Positions 42,144-51,706 of a stretch of 64,000 bases of DNA are shown in pieces; position 1 is the first letter of the stretch, and each line of letters opens with the position of its first letter. Source of the stretch: Waterburya sp. (lineage in GTDB: Bacteria; Cyanobacteriota; Cyanobacteriia; Cyanobacteriales; Xenococcaceae). Under the pieces are notes generated by a model. It was not told where the DNA came from. It searched no databases and was given only the letters and a program-made list of their open reading frames with translations. The DNA lies in NCBI GenBank assembly GCA_965217895.1, contig CBDCJV010000002.1, positions 3,328,001-3,392,000 on the forward strand, read 5' to 3'. The translations under genes and the position numbers were made by a program.

Positions 42144-44612
42144 TTACATATCTGTCGTAGCAGTTACCGAATCTAGATGACTGTGATCTCCGTTATCTTT
42201 ATTAGAAGTTTGAGTTTTCGGTTCAATATTAATTACTATTTCTTGTCGATCAATAACTGGTAATTGATGGTCAGGTAATTCTAGCGATCGCAAGCATTTA
42301 TTCAAGCCATTTACTGACTGGTTATACTGTTTTATTTTCTCTTTTACTTCTAACTGCAATTTTTGATTTAGGGCAATTTTAGTAATAGCTTCTTGTTCTA
42401 AAGTTTGTTCTAGAAATGCTCTTGCTTGAGGATAATACTGCACTATTTTCTCTGCCTGTTGTTGCGCCATTGGCAACAATTGAGTCTTGATAGTTTGATT
42501 GATAGTTTGACGAAAATTACGACGAATTGTGGTCGAAACTTTTGGTTCAAAGTCTAACTTTAATAGCTGACGGATAGCAGGTTCGGCTTCTACCATGCTG
42601 GCGCAGTCATAACCTTGAGAAGTCTGCTGTAATGTCTGACGAAACTGATAGATAGAAAACGTTCCTTCATCATAAAAGCGTGGACTTTCCCGAACATAGC
42701 GATCGCATTCTGTTTTGGCTTCACTAACCAGGGCATGAATTAATTTAACTTCTAATTCTTTTAATTCTGCTTGAATACCAGTATCTTCACCCAGCAAACG
42801 ATCTAGTTGACGGTAATAGTCTTGTTGTTTAAAGCGATCGCTCAAACGCTGACAAAAGTTTTGAACCAGTACTTCTGATGCTGAAACTAAAATAACCTCA
42901 AGTTCGTTAGCCAAGTAGTACAAAGCTTCTACCAATACAGCAATAAGAGGCGCGGTTGCATTACGGGGATGGGATAAGGTAGCGCGACTATAGGCATCTT
43001 GTACTGAAAAGGTTTGCAGGAGTTCATCGAGACGACTTACCATTTGCGCTTTCAGCTTCTGAAAGTCTGATTCAAATTCAGAATTTTGGTTAGTAACGAT
43101 GGAATTTACTTCGCTGGCTAAATGTTGCGAGAATTCTTTACCAATTATCTGTAGCTTTTGGTTGAGTAGCGTTAACTCCTGAGTTTTCATCGCCTCAATC
43201 TCTTGGGGTTGATTATCCAACTTTTGAAGCTGCTTTAGGTAATGCTGTTTAAGATCGCTACAGATAGGCTTGAGATCTTCAGCTAAGTTAGCAAAAAGCT
43301 GAGGGCGTTTTTCTTCTGTCAGGTAGCGACTAATGGCACTACGAAATTCTTCAATGCCACTATCGGCAATCAATTGTTCAATTAAGGGCGTACCAAATTC
43401 ACTGAGAATACGAGTGTAGTTTTCATTCTGTGTTTCGTAGCTATTGACGGATACTCGAAAGTTCGTGCGAGTAAGTTTACCTGAGTTGGCGCAGTAATTG
43501 TTAAATTCACTCACAAACTGGGGTGTTTCTTCCTCTCCGCCAATGCCTTTGACACTTTCAGCAAATAGGGAATTTAAACCAAAGCGATCGCTGCTGCTGG
43601 TAGACTTAACTTGACTACCGTAGAATCCCAATAAGCCACTGGTTTTATATACCCGCTTGTTACCTCTAAACTCAGTTTGAATTAAGCTATCCAAACGCTG
43701 TCTTAATTGTCCGTTATACCAAGTCTGATCGATGCGATTAAAGACATAAAAAACGCGATCGCGTATTCCTAGATTAGACTTCATCTTTTCCATTAACTCG
43801 GTTTCTTCGGAAGTCATTTCTCCAGCAGAGGCAGGTTTAAGAACACAGATTACCGCCGAAGTATCGGGATGTTCGATTTTGCTGTAGGTAAGTTCGGCAT
43901 CTTTCTTAACGGGTGCGTCAATACCTGGCATATCTACGAGAACATTACCGTCTTCTAAAAGCGGATGATGACAGTAATATTCAACCTTAGTCAGTACCGC
44001 GCTATTGCTACCCCGTCTAGCATAAGTAGCTGCTTGAGATAAATTAGAGAAATTAAATTCCTCCATCGAATAAGTATTATTTTTCTGGGCATCAATGCGA
44101 TCGCGATTTGCTGCAAATCCTTTTAGCAGTAAAGCTAAAGCATTAGCCTTTTTTGCCCTTTCTGACTTACTTACACCGCCTTCTTGTTCAATAATTACAG
44201 CACAAGCCTGATGCAGTAAATTGATTATTTCTGGTTCATTAATATTATCTTTTGCTGATAATCCCAAATGCTGGCATAAACTAAGGGCTTGCTGTTTAAT
44301 TTCTGCTTCACTCAGAAAAGTCAGAACTACTCTCTCGGCTTCAGGTTCAGCGTATTCTATATAGCATTCTGTGCCTGTGGCGTGTCCTTCGGCACTATAA
44401 AGCAATTCCCGTTCCAGCAGTGCATTAATCAACATTGATTTACCTGCACTAAAAGCCCCTGCAAAAACAATTTCAAACTTAGGGGCGATCGCTTTTTTCA
44501 AAGAAGCTTCGGCAACTCGAACTTGCTGATTTGTATTTAATTCCGCTACTAAATCTAAAATGCTATTGACGTTATGGGCTAGTTGAGAACATTGAGGAAG
44601 AAGAAAACTCAT
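42144..44612 (-). CDS. dynamin-like GTPase (SynDLP/Slr0869-type)
   Basis: G1 GAFSAGKS, G2 GHATGT, G3 DMPG, G4 NRID; helical stalk with HPRN motif; 822 aa. Confidence 0.9.
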   Translation of the reverse strand: MSFLLPQCSQLAHNVNSILDLVAELNTNQQVRVAEASLKKAIAPKFEIVFAGAFSAGKSMLINALLERELLYSAEGHATGTECYIEYAEPEAERVVLTFLSEAEIKQQALSLCQHLGLSAKDNINEPEIINLLHQACAVIIEQEGGVSKSERAKKANALALLLKGFAANRDRIDAQKNNTYSMEEFNFSNLSQAATYARRGSNSAVLTKVEYYCHHPLLEDGNVLVDMPGIDAPVKKDAELTYSKIEHPDTSAVICVLKPASAGEMTSEETELMEKMKSNLGIRDRVFYVFNRIDQTWYNGQLRQRLDSLIQTEFRGNKRVYKTSGLLGFYGSQVKSTSSSDRFGLNSLFAESVKGIGGEEETPQFVSEFNNYCANSGKLTRTNFRVSVNSYETQNENYTRILSEFGTPLIEQLIADSGIEEFRSAISRYLTEEKRPQLFANLAEDLKPICSDLKQHYLKQLQKLDNQPQEIEAMKTQELTLLNQKLQIIGKEFSQHLASEVNSIVTNQNSEFESDFQKLKAQMVSRLDELLQTFSVQDAYSRATLSHPRNATAPLIAVLVEALYYLANELEVILVSASEVLVQNFCQRLSDRFKQQDYYRQLDRLLGEDTGIQAELKELEVKLIHALVSEAKTECDRYVRESPRFYDEGTFSIYQFRQTLQQTSQGYDCASMVEAEPAIRQLLKLDFEPKVSTTIRRNFRQTINQTIKTQLLPMAQQQAEKIVQYYPQARAFLEQTLEQEAITKIALNQKLQLEVKEKIKQYNQSVNGLNKCLRSLELPDHQLPVIDRQEIVINIEPKTQTSNKDNGDHSHLDSVTATTDM

Positions 44613-44805
44613 AAAACTAAATAGGTTGTACTACTTAATCTAGAGTTCCCCCGCATCAATGATAAATATCTATTTGATTATGATTTTGTTGAATGGTGCG
44701 ATCGCATTTTCTAAGCAGAACTTTTTGATTAATACATTTATATTGTATTAATTTTGCAATACTGACAGATTTATTGTATAAAGATTTGAAGTAATTAAGA
44801 AATAT

Positions 44806-45327
44806 ATGATGCTAGGAGAAAACCATTATTTTGATAGGGGAGAAGTATATTTTCACGATCCTGACAATCCAGCAATACTTGCTTACAAAACCAAAGATTA
44901 TGTGATTGTTCGCAATAGTGAAATTATCAAGTTTTCAGTGTATCCTCACTCTATTTCCCATAAAAAAGTTATTGAATGGCTAAAAGGCTCAATCAGTTAC
45001 AAAGATAAAATAGTTACACCTGGTGGTAGAACGCTATCTTCAGATGGAAAGACTATCAGAAATAATACTGAATTTATCTACTTTATTTTTAATGCTGATA
45101 GCAATGCCATCAAAATTGGTAAAGCAAAAAATGTTTATAAAAGAATGAAGTCTTTACAAACTGCCACTCCTGCTTATCTAAAACTACTTAAAATTATAGA
45201 TGAAAAAGCTGGCAAAGAGGCAAGAGATACTGAACAATCATTGCACAGACAATTTAAACATCTAAAATTATTAGGAGAGTGGTTTAAATTTAATGATGAA
45301 TTACAAGAATTTATCAGACAACTTTGA
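44806..45327 (+). CDS. GIY-YIG nuclease (T5orf172/MUG113-like), copy 1
   Basis: FIYFI...IKIG...KRMKSLQT...EQSLHRQF...GEWF. Confidence 0.85.
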   Translation: MMLGENHYFDRGEVYFHDPDNPAILAYKTKDYVIVRNSEIIKFSVYPHSISHKKVIEWLKGSISYKDKIVTPGGRTLSSDGKTIRNNTEFIYFIFNADSNAIKIGKAKNVYKRMKSLQTATPAYLKLLKIIDEKAGKEARDTEQSLHRQFKHLKLLGEWFKFNDELQEFIRQL

Positions 45328-45339
45328 GGACAGATTGAT

Positions 45340-45927
45340 ATGAAAACGATAGGAATTTCATATGCAAGAGCTTGGAAATATAGTAAGCCTAGTTTAATGA
45401 ATAAAATTGAGCTTGGAAAGATATATTTTTTCATTGGCGGAAGCGCATACTTTCATAATCCTCAAATACCAGTCAGATTGAGTTACAAACACAAAGAGTT
45501 CTTCTTGATTAGAAAAAACCTCAAAATAAAAATTTCTATTTATCCTCGTTCACTTTCTAATCAGAAAATTATCGAATGGTTTAAAGCTTGGATTAGTAAA
45601 GAAGATATTTTATTTACTCCAGGTGGCGTAAAAATATTATCAAACGAAAAAGCTATATCAAATACACAAGAATATATTTATTTCATATTAAATATTGATA
45701 GTAACGCAGTCAAGATTGGCAGAGCAAAAGACGTTTTAAAGAGGCAAAGATCGCTTCAAGTTGCAAATCCTATGGAATTAATTCTGTTAAAGACTGTCCA
45801 AGTCAATTCTAGCAATGAAGCAAGGGAAAAAGAAAAAGCAGTTCATAATCAGTTTGATGATCTAAGGTTACTAGGTGAATGGTTTAAGTATGATGAGAAA
45901 TTACGTGAATTTATTGAAACTATCTAA
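45340..45927 (+). CDS. GIY-YIG nuclease (T5orf172/MUG113-like), copy 2
   Basis: YIYFI...VKIG...KRQRSLQV...EKAVHNQF...GEWF; start may be ATG 45397. Confidence 0.85.
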   Translation: MKTIGISYARAWKYSKPSLMNKIELGKIYFFIGGSAYFHNPQIPVRLSYKHKEFFLIRKNLKIKISIYPRSLSNQKIIEWFKAWISKEDILFTPGGVKILSNEKAISNTQEYIYFILNIDSNAVKIGRAKDVLKRQRSLQVANPMELILLKTVQVNSSNEAREKEKAVHNQFDDLRLLGEWFKYDEKLREFIETI

Positions 45928-46000
45928 AGCTTCTTAGTATGTATAGTATTACGTATAAACGTGTTTTACATTTTGTAAATTACTACTCTTTACTCTCTAC

Positions 46001-46056
46001 TCTCGCGCTAAAGAATACTTTCCGATGTTGAACCATGCGCGGGGGTCGCTCGCCTA
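46001..46056 (-). repeat. GC-rich micro-repeat related to the riboswitch insert
   Basis: Minus strand AGGCGAGCGACCCCCGCG...GCGCGAGA shares both ends with 33090-33190. Confidence 0.6.
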
Positions 46057-46106
46057 CTTACGAACCTATAGTTTTTGTGTCTTCATCCAATTTTATACGA
46101 CTATAA

Positions 46107-47156
46107 CTATTCATTCTCATTGTTAATTCCTCTAGACTTAAGGAGGCGCAAACGCTTTTTACGGGCAATTTCCTGTAAGTCTACATTGCGATCGGTTTCA
46201 TCGACAATTTCTCCTGTGAGAACTTCTAAAACATCTTCTAGGGTAACTACTCCTGCCACGCCACCATATTCATCCAACACCACCGCCAAGTGTTCGCGGT
46301 TTTCCTGGAATACTTTGAGAAGTTTGTCGGCGCGATTAGTTTCGGGGACAAAATGAACAGGACGCTTGAGGGTATTAATTTGGCGATCGCCATTTCCTGT
46401 AATCATAGCGGTTAATAGTTCATCTTTTAGCACCAAACCCGTCACGTTATCAATAGTGTCATCAATGACTAAAATGCGAGTATGCTGAGATTTAATAATA
46501 TCCTGTTGGGATTGATCCAAAGTTTGATCGCCTTTTAAGTAGGTAATAATAATTCGGGGAGTCATCAAATCCGAGGCGTTGAGGTCGTTTAGCTGAAATA
46601 CCCTTTGAATCATCTCCGCTTCGTCATCTTCAATTACTCCTTCTTGAAAACCAATATTAGTCAAAAATTTAATTTCTGCTTCATCGGTAGTGGGAAGTTT
46701 TTTTCCTTGGGTAAATGGCGCAGTAGCGTATTCAACTAACATGACTATAGGCGTAAAAATTACCGTTAAATATTTAACAGGAATTGCCATAAATAAACAA
46801 ATTGGTTCAGCATAGCGTTGACAGATTGTTTTAGGTGCGATTTCACCAAAAACTATAATCAAAAAAGTAAAAATCCCTGAAAAAACACCCAACCAAGCAT
46901 CTCCCAAAACTTTTGTAGTCAGATTACCAATAAAAATACTGCCGACGATATTAAAAATATTGTTGAGAATTACAATTGTGGCGAGAGGTCGATTTATCTT
47001 GAGACGAATGCTTGCCAAGGCTAAGGCTGCGGGCTTCTTAGTTTGAGCCAGTTGTCTAACTTTAATGGGAGAAATGGTTAGTAGTGCCGTTTCCGTTCCC
47101 GAACAAATAGCCGAACCAAGTATAACTATGGCGACGACAATAATCAGAGCAAGCAT
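46107..47156 (-). CDS. CNNM/CBS-pair (hemolysin/CorC-like) membrane protein
   Basis: SGTETAL, FGEIAPK, MTPR, DEYGGVAGVVTLEDVLE. Confidence 0.9.
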   Translation of the reverse strand: MLALIIVVAIVILGSAICSGTETALLTISPIKVRQLAQTKKPAALALASIRLKINRPLATIVILNNIFNIVGSIFIGNLTTKVLGDAWLGVFSGIFTFLIIVFGEIAPKTICQRYAEPICLFMAIPVKYLTVIFTPIVMLVEYATAPFTQGKKLPTTDEAEIKFLTNIGFQEGVIEDDEAEMIQRVFQLNDLNASDLMTPRIIITYLKGDQTLDQSQQDIIKSQHTRILVIDDTIDNVTGLVLKDELLTAMITGNGDRQINTLKRPVHFVPETNRADKLLKVFQENREHLAVVLDEYGGVAGVVTLEDVLEVLTGEIVDETDRNVDLQEIARKKRLRLLKSRGINNENE

Positions 47157-47270
47157 ATAAAAAATTGATTGTTAATTCTAATATAATCTAAAAGCAAAGA
47201 TAAACATGATTACTTATACTAAATTTGATTCAGGTAGGTTACTTAACTTTCGATTAGTAAGTAGTAGGTG

Positions 47271-47372
47271 GTTAGTCGTTTGTAGTTTTTGGCGGCTACG
47301 AACTACAAAGGAGACTTGCCTTTGCGCCTGACGGCGACGCAGGCTTCCTCCTTCAAACTACGAACGACTAAC
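47271..47372. repeat. nested inverted-repeat element
   Basis: GTTAGTCGTTTGTAGTTT / AAACTACGAACGACTAAC (18 bp, 1 mismatch) enclosing an AAGGAG...CTCCTT-bounded GC-rich insert. Confidence 0.6.
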
Positions 47373-47408
47373 TTAATGTTTAAGGTATTTTCCCAATCGG
47401 ATTTAGTA

Positions 47409-50321
47409 TTACTCTAATAATTCAACAATTCCTGTTAGACCATCTATTCTTACCCTTTGACCGTTTTGAAGTAAACTAGTAGCATTAGTAATATCCATCA
47501 CCGCAGGAATCTTATATTCCCTGGCAACAATTGCCCCATGGGATAAACGACCACCAACTTCTGAAATCAGTCCCCCTGCACGGGCTAAAACGGGTGACCA
47601 ACCAGCATCAGTATAGGGAACAACCAGGATAGTCTGGCCGTCAATCTTGGTCATTTGTTCCAGACTAGATACAATTTTGATCACTCCTTCTACCTGACCA
47701 ACACTAGTACCTATTCCTTGAAACTTTCGTTGAGAATTAGATACTGCTGGTGTAATTAAGGCTGAAGCTTCAGGCTTACCATAGATAAGCTTGGGCATGG
47801 AAGTTAATTTTTTGTCTTGCTGCCACTGTTGTTTTCTCTGCTTAACTAACTCAGGTAATTGCTCAACTGCCTGAGCATCTTGTTCAATTAAAGCAACAAT
47901 TTCTTCGAGCTTGAGTAAAAATATATCTCCTGAATTGTCAATCAAACCTCGATCTAACCACTGCTGCTCTAGTGCTAAAAAGCTCCAGCGTAGATTTGCC
48001 AACAGTTTATTATATGTCTCCCCGACTACGGCTTTAAGATCTAATCTTTTTTGGATTAACTTAGCTTTCCAAGACTGCTGAAGAATCACTGATGATTGAG
48101 CCTGTTTTGCTCCTTGAGCATCAAAGAAAAATCGCGTAAACATTTGCCTGGGAATACTGGGCTTATCTCGCCAACGAGGGACGGCGATATCTGTCGCTAT
48201 TTCACTAAGATAGCCATACTCAGAGAGCCAAAGATTAAATCGATCCATAATACTCGTTCCCTCTGGATTCTCAGCAATATGAGCAAAAAGAGACGCACTA
48301 GAATCAAAGGTAATTTTTTCGGCGGTTAACAATTTGCGAGTTTGGGTAGCAACCTCCGCCAAAGTTTTGACGGCTTTGACTTCTGGTATTTGACTATTAT
48401 CTAATTCGGCTTCATTTACTTTAAAAATTGCTTGACGTATTGCCAAACTCAAAGGTGCAAGAATATTGTAGTAGGTAACTTTATCCAGTAACCCTAAAAT
48501 AGTGTTGATGCGGTCAATAAGTTCGGCTGAGGATAACTCATTAGCAGGTTGTGTTCCAATCACAGATAAAATCGGTTCAAACTTAAGGCGATCGCCTTCA
48601 AAGCTTTTACCTAAATTCCACTCTCGCTTAAATAGTCGCCACAGCCCAGGTAAGTTCTTGATTGTAGACATCAAGGGCGGCTTACTAAATGCTGAGCCTC
48701 TGGTCAGAAATTCTAAACTTTCTGGAGGTAAACCCATGCGACGAAAGATAGTTCCTAACAGGGTTACATTAAAATAGGCACTGGCAAAATGCAGAGTTGC
48801 AGTCTCTTCAAAGTTTAAATCTCTAGCACGATCGCCTAAAACAATTGTAAATAGTTTACCCCATACACCGCAGGTTAAGGGTTGGTTGATTGACCAAGTA
48901 AGAGGGCGAATCTTGCCAGGAATAACTTCGGCGGCGATTCGTCTTGTCCAAATCGGCTGAAGGTTAGTAATTGGACGCACCTGTAACAGCCACAGCTTAT
49001 CACCATCGTAAGTCCATTCAAGATCTTGGGGAATGCCTTCAAAAAGGTCTTCCATTTCTCTTGCCAGAAGTGCTGCTGATTCAATAATATCTGCGGGAAT
49101 AATTGCCCTATCATCCTGAATATTTTCTGCGGTTACGGTTATAGTTGCATCAGCCAAAGAAGCTTCAGGAATCGCTACTCGATATCTTTGAGGCGTAAAC
49201 CTGCCTGAAACAATTTTAGAAGCTTTACCAGGTAGAGCTTCTACTGCTACGGTATCGTTTAGCCGATCTACAGGATCGCGACTAAAAGCCACCCCGCTAT
49301 ATATTCCTTCAATCTGCTTTTGAATTAAAACCGCCATTGACTCGTCCGATTGCCGACTATGACGACGATAATCTTTAGCATGAGTATTGGTATAAGAACT
49401 TTGACAGCTAATAATAGCCGAACGTAGTTTCTTCTTACTAGTAACATTTAAAATACTTAAATACTGTCCCGCAGCCGAAGCGGTTGCCGAGTCTTCCCCC
49501 ACGGCTGAAGAGCGTACAATTAAAGGAGATTTAGGCGATGGCTCAAGGGCAGCCACCAAAGCTTCTAGATTATCTCCTGGGCGCAATACCCAACCTTCTA
49601 CCACAGGATATCCTTTTCTTTTGAGCAGAGAAAGATTAGCTGCTTTTGCACCTACCTGATTGGCATTCAATCGACTGTTGAGATTAATAATACTAGTGTC
49701 TCCCTGAAAAAAACGAAACATTTTATTAGTGCTAGCTTGTGCAGCAGTATTGGATAAATCAAGATCATCTGGTATGTTTTGATAAATCCAAGCCAACAAA
49801 CTAGCTAAAGCAAAAGTAGCTACCGCATACTCTAAGTGATCTGGATTACGTAAGCCAATAATTATCACCAGTAAAACTAATGCACCATATTTACCCGTAG
49901 TGCGATTGCGAATTATGGTAAAGCTAACTAGACTAATCAACCATGTTAGCCCCGCAGCAATCGGATCGTGTGCCACAATTCCCCAGACGGCATTAGTTGT
50001 CCCCGCGCTTTTGCCAATCCAGTAACGCCCCATTACTAAAGCAATTATCGCCACAATCTCCCACACTGAACCAACAGGAAAAAAAATTCTGGCTAACAAA
50101 ACTGCAATAATTCCCTTTGCTGCTTCGGAGAGTATAGCCAAGATTCCTGCTAGCTTGCCACCATGATAAAAAGCTGCCGAGACTGAAATATTACCAGTTC
50201 CCAATTTTCTTAGCTGGCGACCAGTTATTGTATATGTAATCCAGTCTATCAGAGGAATTCCCCCCAACAATGGACAGACAATAAAAATGGTAAGGCAACC
50301 CCAAATGGGTGTCAGGTTCAT
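47409..50321 (-). CDS. PlsY-like acyltransferase fused to PEP-synthase-type ATP-grasp and phospho-His domains
   Basis: N-terminal TM domain with GTGNIS; GAKAANL, VRSSAVGED, SAAGQY, DLEW, LQVRPIT; C-terminal GGRLSHGAIVARE. Confidence 0.88.
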   Translation of the reverse strand: MNLTPIWGCLTIFIVCPLLGGIPLIDWITYTITGRQLRKLGTGNISVSAAFYHGGKLAGILAILSEAAKGIIAVLLARIFFPVGSVWEIVAIIALVMGRYWIGKSAGTTNAVWGIVAHDPIAAGLTWLISLVSFTIIRNRTTGKYGALVLLVIIIGLRNPDHLEYAVATFALASLLAWIYQNIPDDLDLSNTAAQASTNKMFRFFQGDTSIINLNSRLNANQVGAKAANLSLLKRKGYPVVEGWVLRPGDNLEALVAALEPSPKSPLIVRSSAVGEDSATASAAGQYLSILNVTSKKKLRSAIISCQSSYTNTHAKDYRRHSRQSDESMAVLIQKQIEGIYSGVAFSRDPVDRLNDTVAVEALPGKASKIVSGRFTPQRYRVAIPEASLADATITVTAENIQDDRAIIPADIIESAALLAREMEDLFEGIPQDLEWTYDGDKLWLLQVRPITNLQPIWTRRIAAEVIPGKIRPLTWSINQPLTCGVWGKLFTIVLGDRARDLNFEETATLHFASAYFNVTLLGTIFRRMGLPPESLEFLTRGSAFSKPPLMSTIKNLPGLWRLFKREWNLGKSFEGDRLKFEPILSVIGTQPANELSSAELIDRINTILGLLDKVTYYNILAPLSLAIRQAIFKVNEAELDNSQIPEVKAVKTLAEVATQTRKLLTAEKITFDSSASLFAHIAENPEGTSIMDRFNLWLSEYGYLSEIATDIAVPRWRDKPSIPRQMFTRFFFDAQGAKQAQSSVILQQSWKAKLIQKRLDLKAVVGETYNKLLANLRWSFLALEQQWLDRGLIDNSGDIFLLKLEEIVALIEQDAQAVEQLPELVKQRKQQWQQDKKLTSMPKLIYGKPEASALITPAVSNSQRKFQGIGTSVGQVEGVIKIVSSLEQMTKIDGQTILVVPYTDAGWSPVLARAGGLISEVGGRLSHGAIVAREYKIPAVMDITNATSLLQNGQRVRIDGLTGIVELLE

Positions 50322-50524
50322 GGTTCTAAATCAATACTCTCAATAATCAAATCTTCTTCTCAATTTACTATGCCGATGATTGTATTGCCTTATTGTATCT
50401 ATTTGTAATTAATCGAGAGGTTTAGTCAATAAAATTAAAATTAGCTGGATAACGCCAAAACTTTTTTATTTTCTATTTGACAATAGTTTCGTTAACGTTA
50501 ATCTATAAACTTTACTCGTTAAAA

Positions 50525-51133
50525 ATGCAAGAATACTTAACTTCAACAACGATCATAGATTGGCAGAAGCCCAATATTCTGCAATTAGCCCAACAATTAG
50601 GAGCGTCTGATGCAAATACAACTGCTAAAGTCTGTTTTGAATGGGTTCGAGATAATATTTTTCACAGTAGCGATTATAAAATGAATCCTCTAACCTGTAA
50701 GGCTTCAGAGGTATTACAGCATAAAACTGGCTATTGCTATGGCAAGAGTCATCTGTTGGCAGCTTTGTTACGTGCTAATTCTATTCCCGCAGGCTTATGT
50801 TATCAAAGACTAAGCGTGTTCGATAATGGTACGCCCTATTCTTTGCATGGGTTTAATGCTGTTTATTTGCCTGAATATGGCTGGTATCGCTTAGATGCAC
50901 GGGGTAACAAAATGGGAGTAAATGCTCAATTCACACCACCCCAAGAACAATTAGCCTTTGGAATTAATTTTCCTGAAGAATTTGACTGCCAGCATATTTT
51001 TGCTGAACCTTTGCCAGAAGTAGTTGAAGCACTACAAAGCCATACTACTTGGGATGGGATGTTACATAATTTACCTAATGTTGAGCGGAATTATTTAGCT
51101 GCATTTGAGTCTAAAAATATTAAAAGTGTCTAG
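50525..51133 (+). CDS. transglutaminase-like protein
   Basis: GYCYGKSHLLAALLR, HG, WYRLD Cys-His-Asp triad; ATG 50525 preferred. Confidence 0.88.
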   Translation: MQEYLTSTTIIDWQKPNILQLAQQLGASDANTTAKVCFEWVRDNIFHSSDYKMNPLTCKASEVLQHKTGYCYGKSHLLAALLRANSIPAGLCYQRLSVFDNGTPYSLHGFNAVYLPEYGWYRLDARGNKMGVNAQFTPPQEQLAFGINFPEEFDCQHIFAEPLPEVVEALQSHTTWDGMLHNLPNVERNYLAAFESKNIKSV

Positions 51134-51224
51134 CTAATCTACATACAGGTACAAAATCATAATCATAGAAAGAACGGTTTCCAGGCTGTACCTATAACTA
51201 GCTGTACTGTTGAATTGCGATCGC
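51131..51224. repeat. direct repeat copy A (degenerate duplicate of a gene 3' end)
   Basis: Aligns with 52753-52841 from TAGCTAATCTACA to GAATTGCGATCGC. Confidence 0.85.
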
Positions 51225-51260
51225 TCTTTCTCAAAGTCAACTATACTTACTAACTATTTA

Positions 51261-51608
51261 TTAGCCCATGTTTTCTAACCGTTTTAGCTTATCGACAAGA
51301 TGGCATCTAAACTCTTGAAGTTGACTAATCTTCTCATCCATTTCGGCGATTTTGCTGCGAGTGAGCCGAGCTTTATCTTTGGGTGAAAGTAAGTCCCACT
51401 CATCCATCGCTTTCTTAATTTCCCTGAGTGTAAATCCCAGGGCTTTTCCATGCTTGATAAATTCTAAACGCGATACATCTTCATCATCGTAGTGACGATA
51501 GTTATTTTCTCTACGCTTGTTGTTTGAGTTTAGGAGTCCAGCTTTCTCGTAAAAACGAAGCGTGTCTTTCGATACTCCTGCTTTTTGGGAGAGTTCACTA
51601 ATCAACAT
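51261..51608 (-). CDS. MerR-family transcriptional regulator
   Basis: ISELS, TLRFYEKAGLL, NYRHY, LGFTLREI. Confidence 0.95.
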   Translation of the reverse strand: MLISELSQKAGVSKDTLRFYEKAGLLNSNNKRRENNYRHYDDEDVSRLEFIKHGKALGFTLREIKKAMDEWDLLSPKDKARLTRSKIAEMDEKISQLQEFRCHLVDKLKRLENMG

Positions 51609-51641
51609 AAAATACTGAGCTAAGGAGTTTAAAATTAGTCC

Positions 51642-51673
51642 TTGACATTGGAGTATACTCCATACTTTAAGTT
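51642..51673 (+). promoter_or_regulatory. MerR-type promoter/operator for the SDR gene
   Basis: TTGACA, 19-20 bp spacer containing perfect palindrome TGGAGTATACTCCA (51649-51662), then TAAGTT. Confidence 0.8.
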
Positions 51674-51706
51674 TGACATAGTTCTTAAATTTACGGGTTA
51701 GACACT

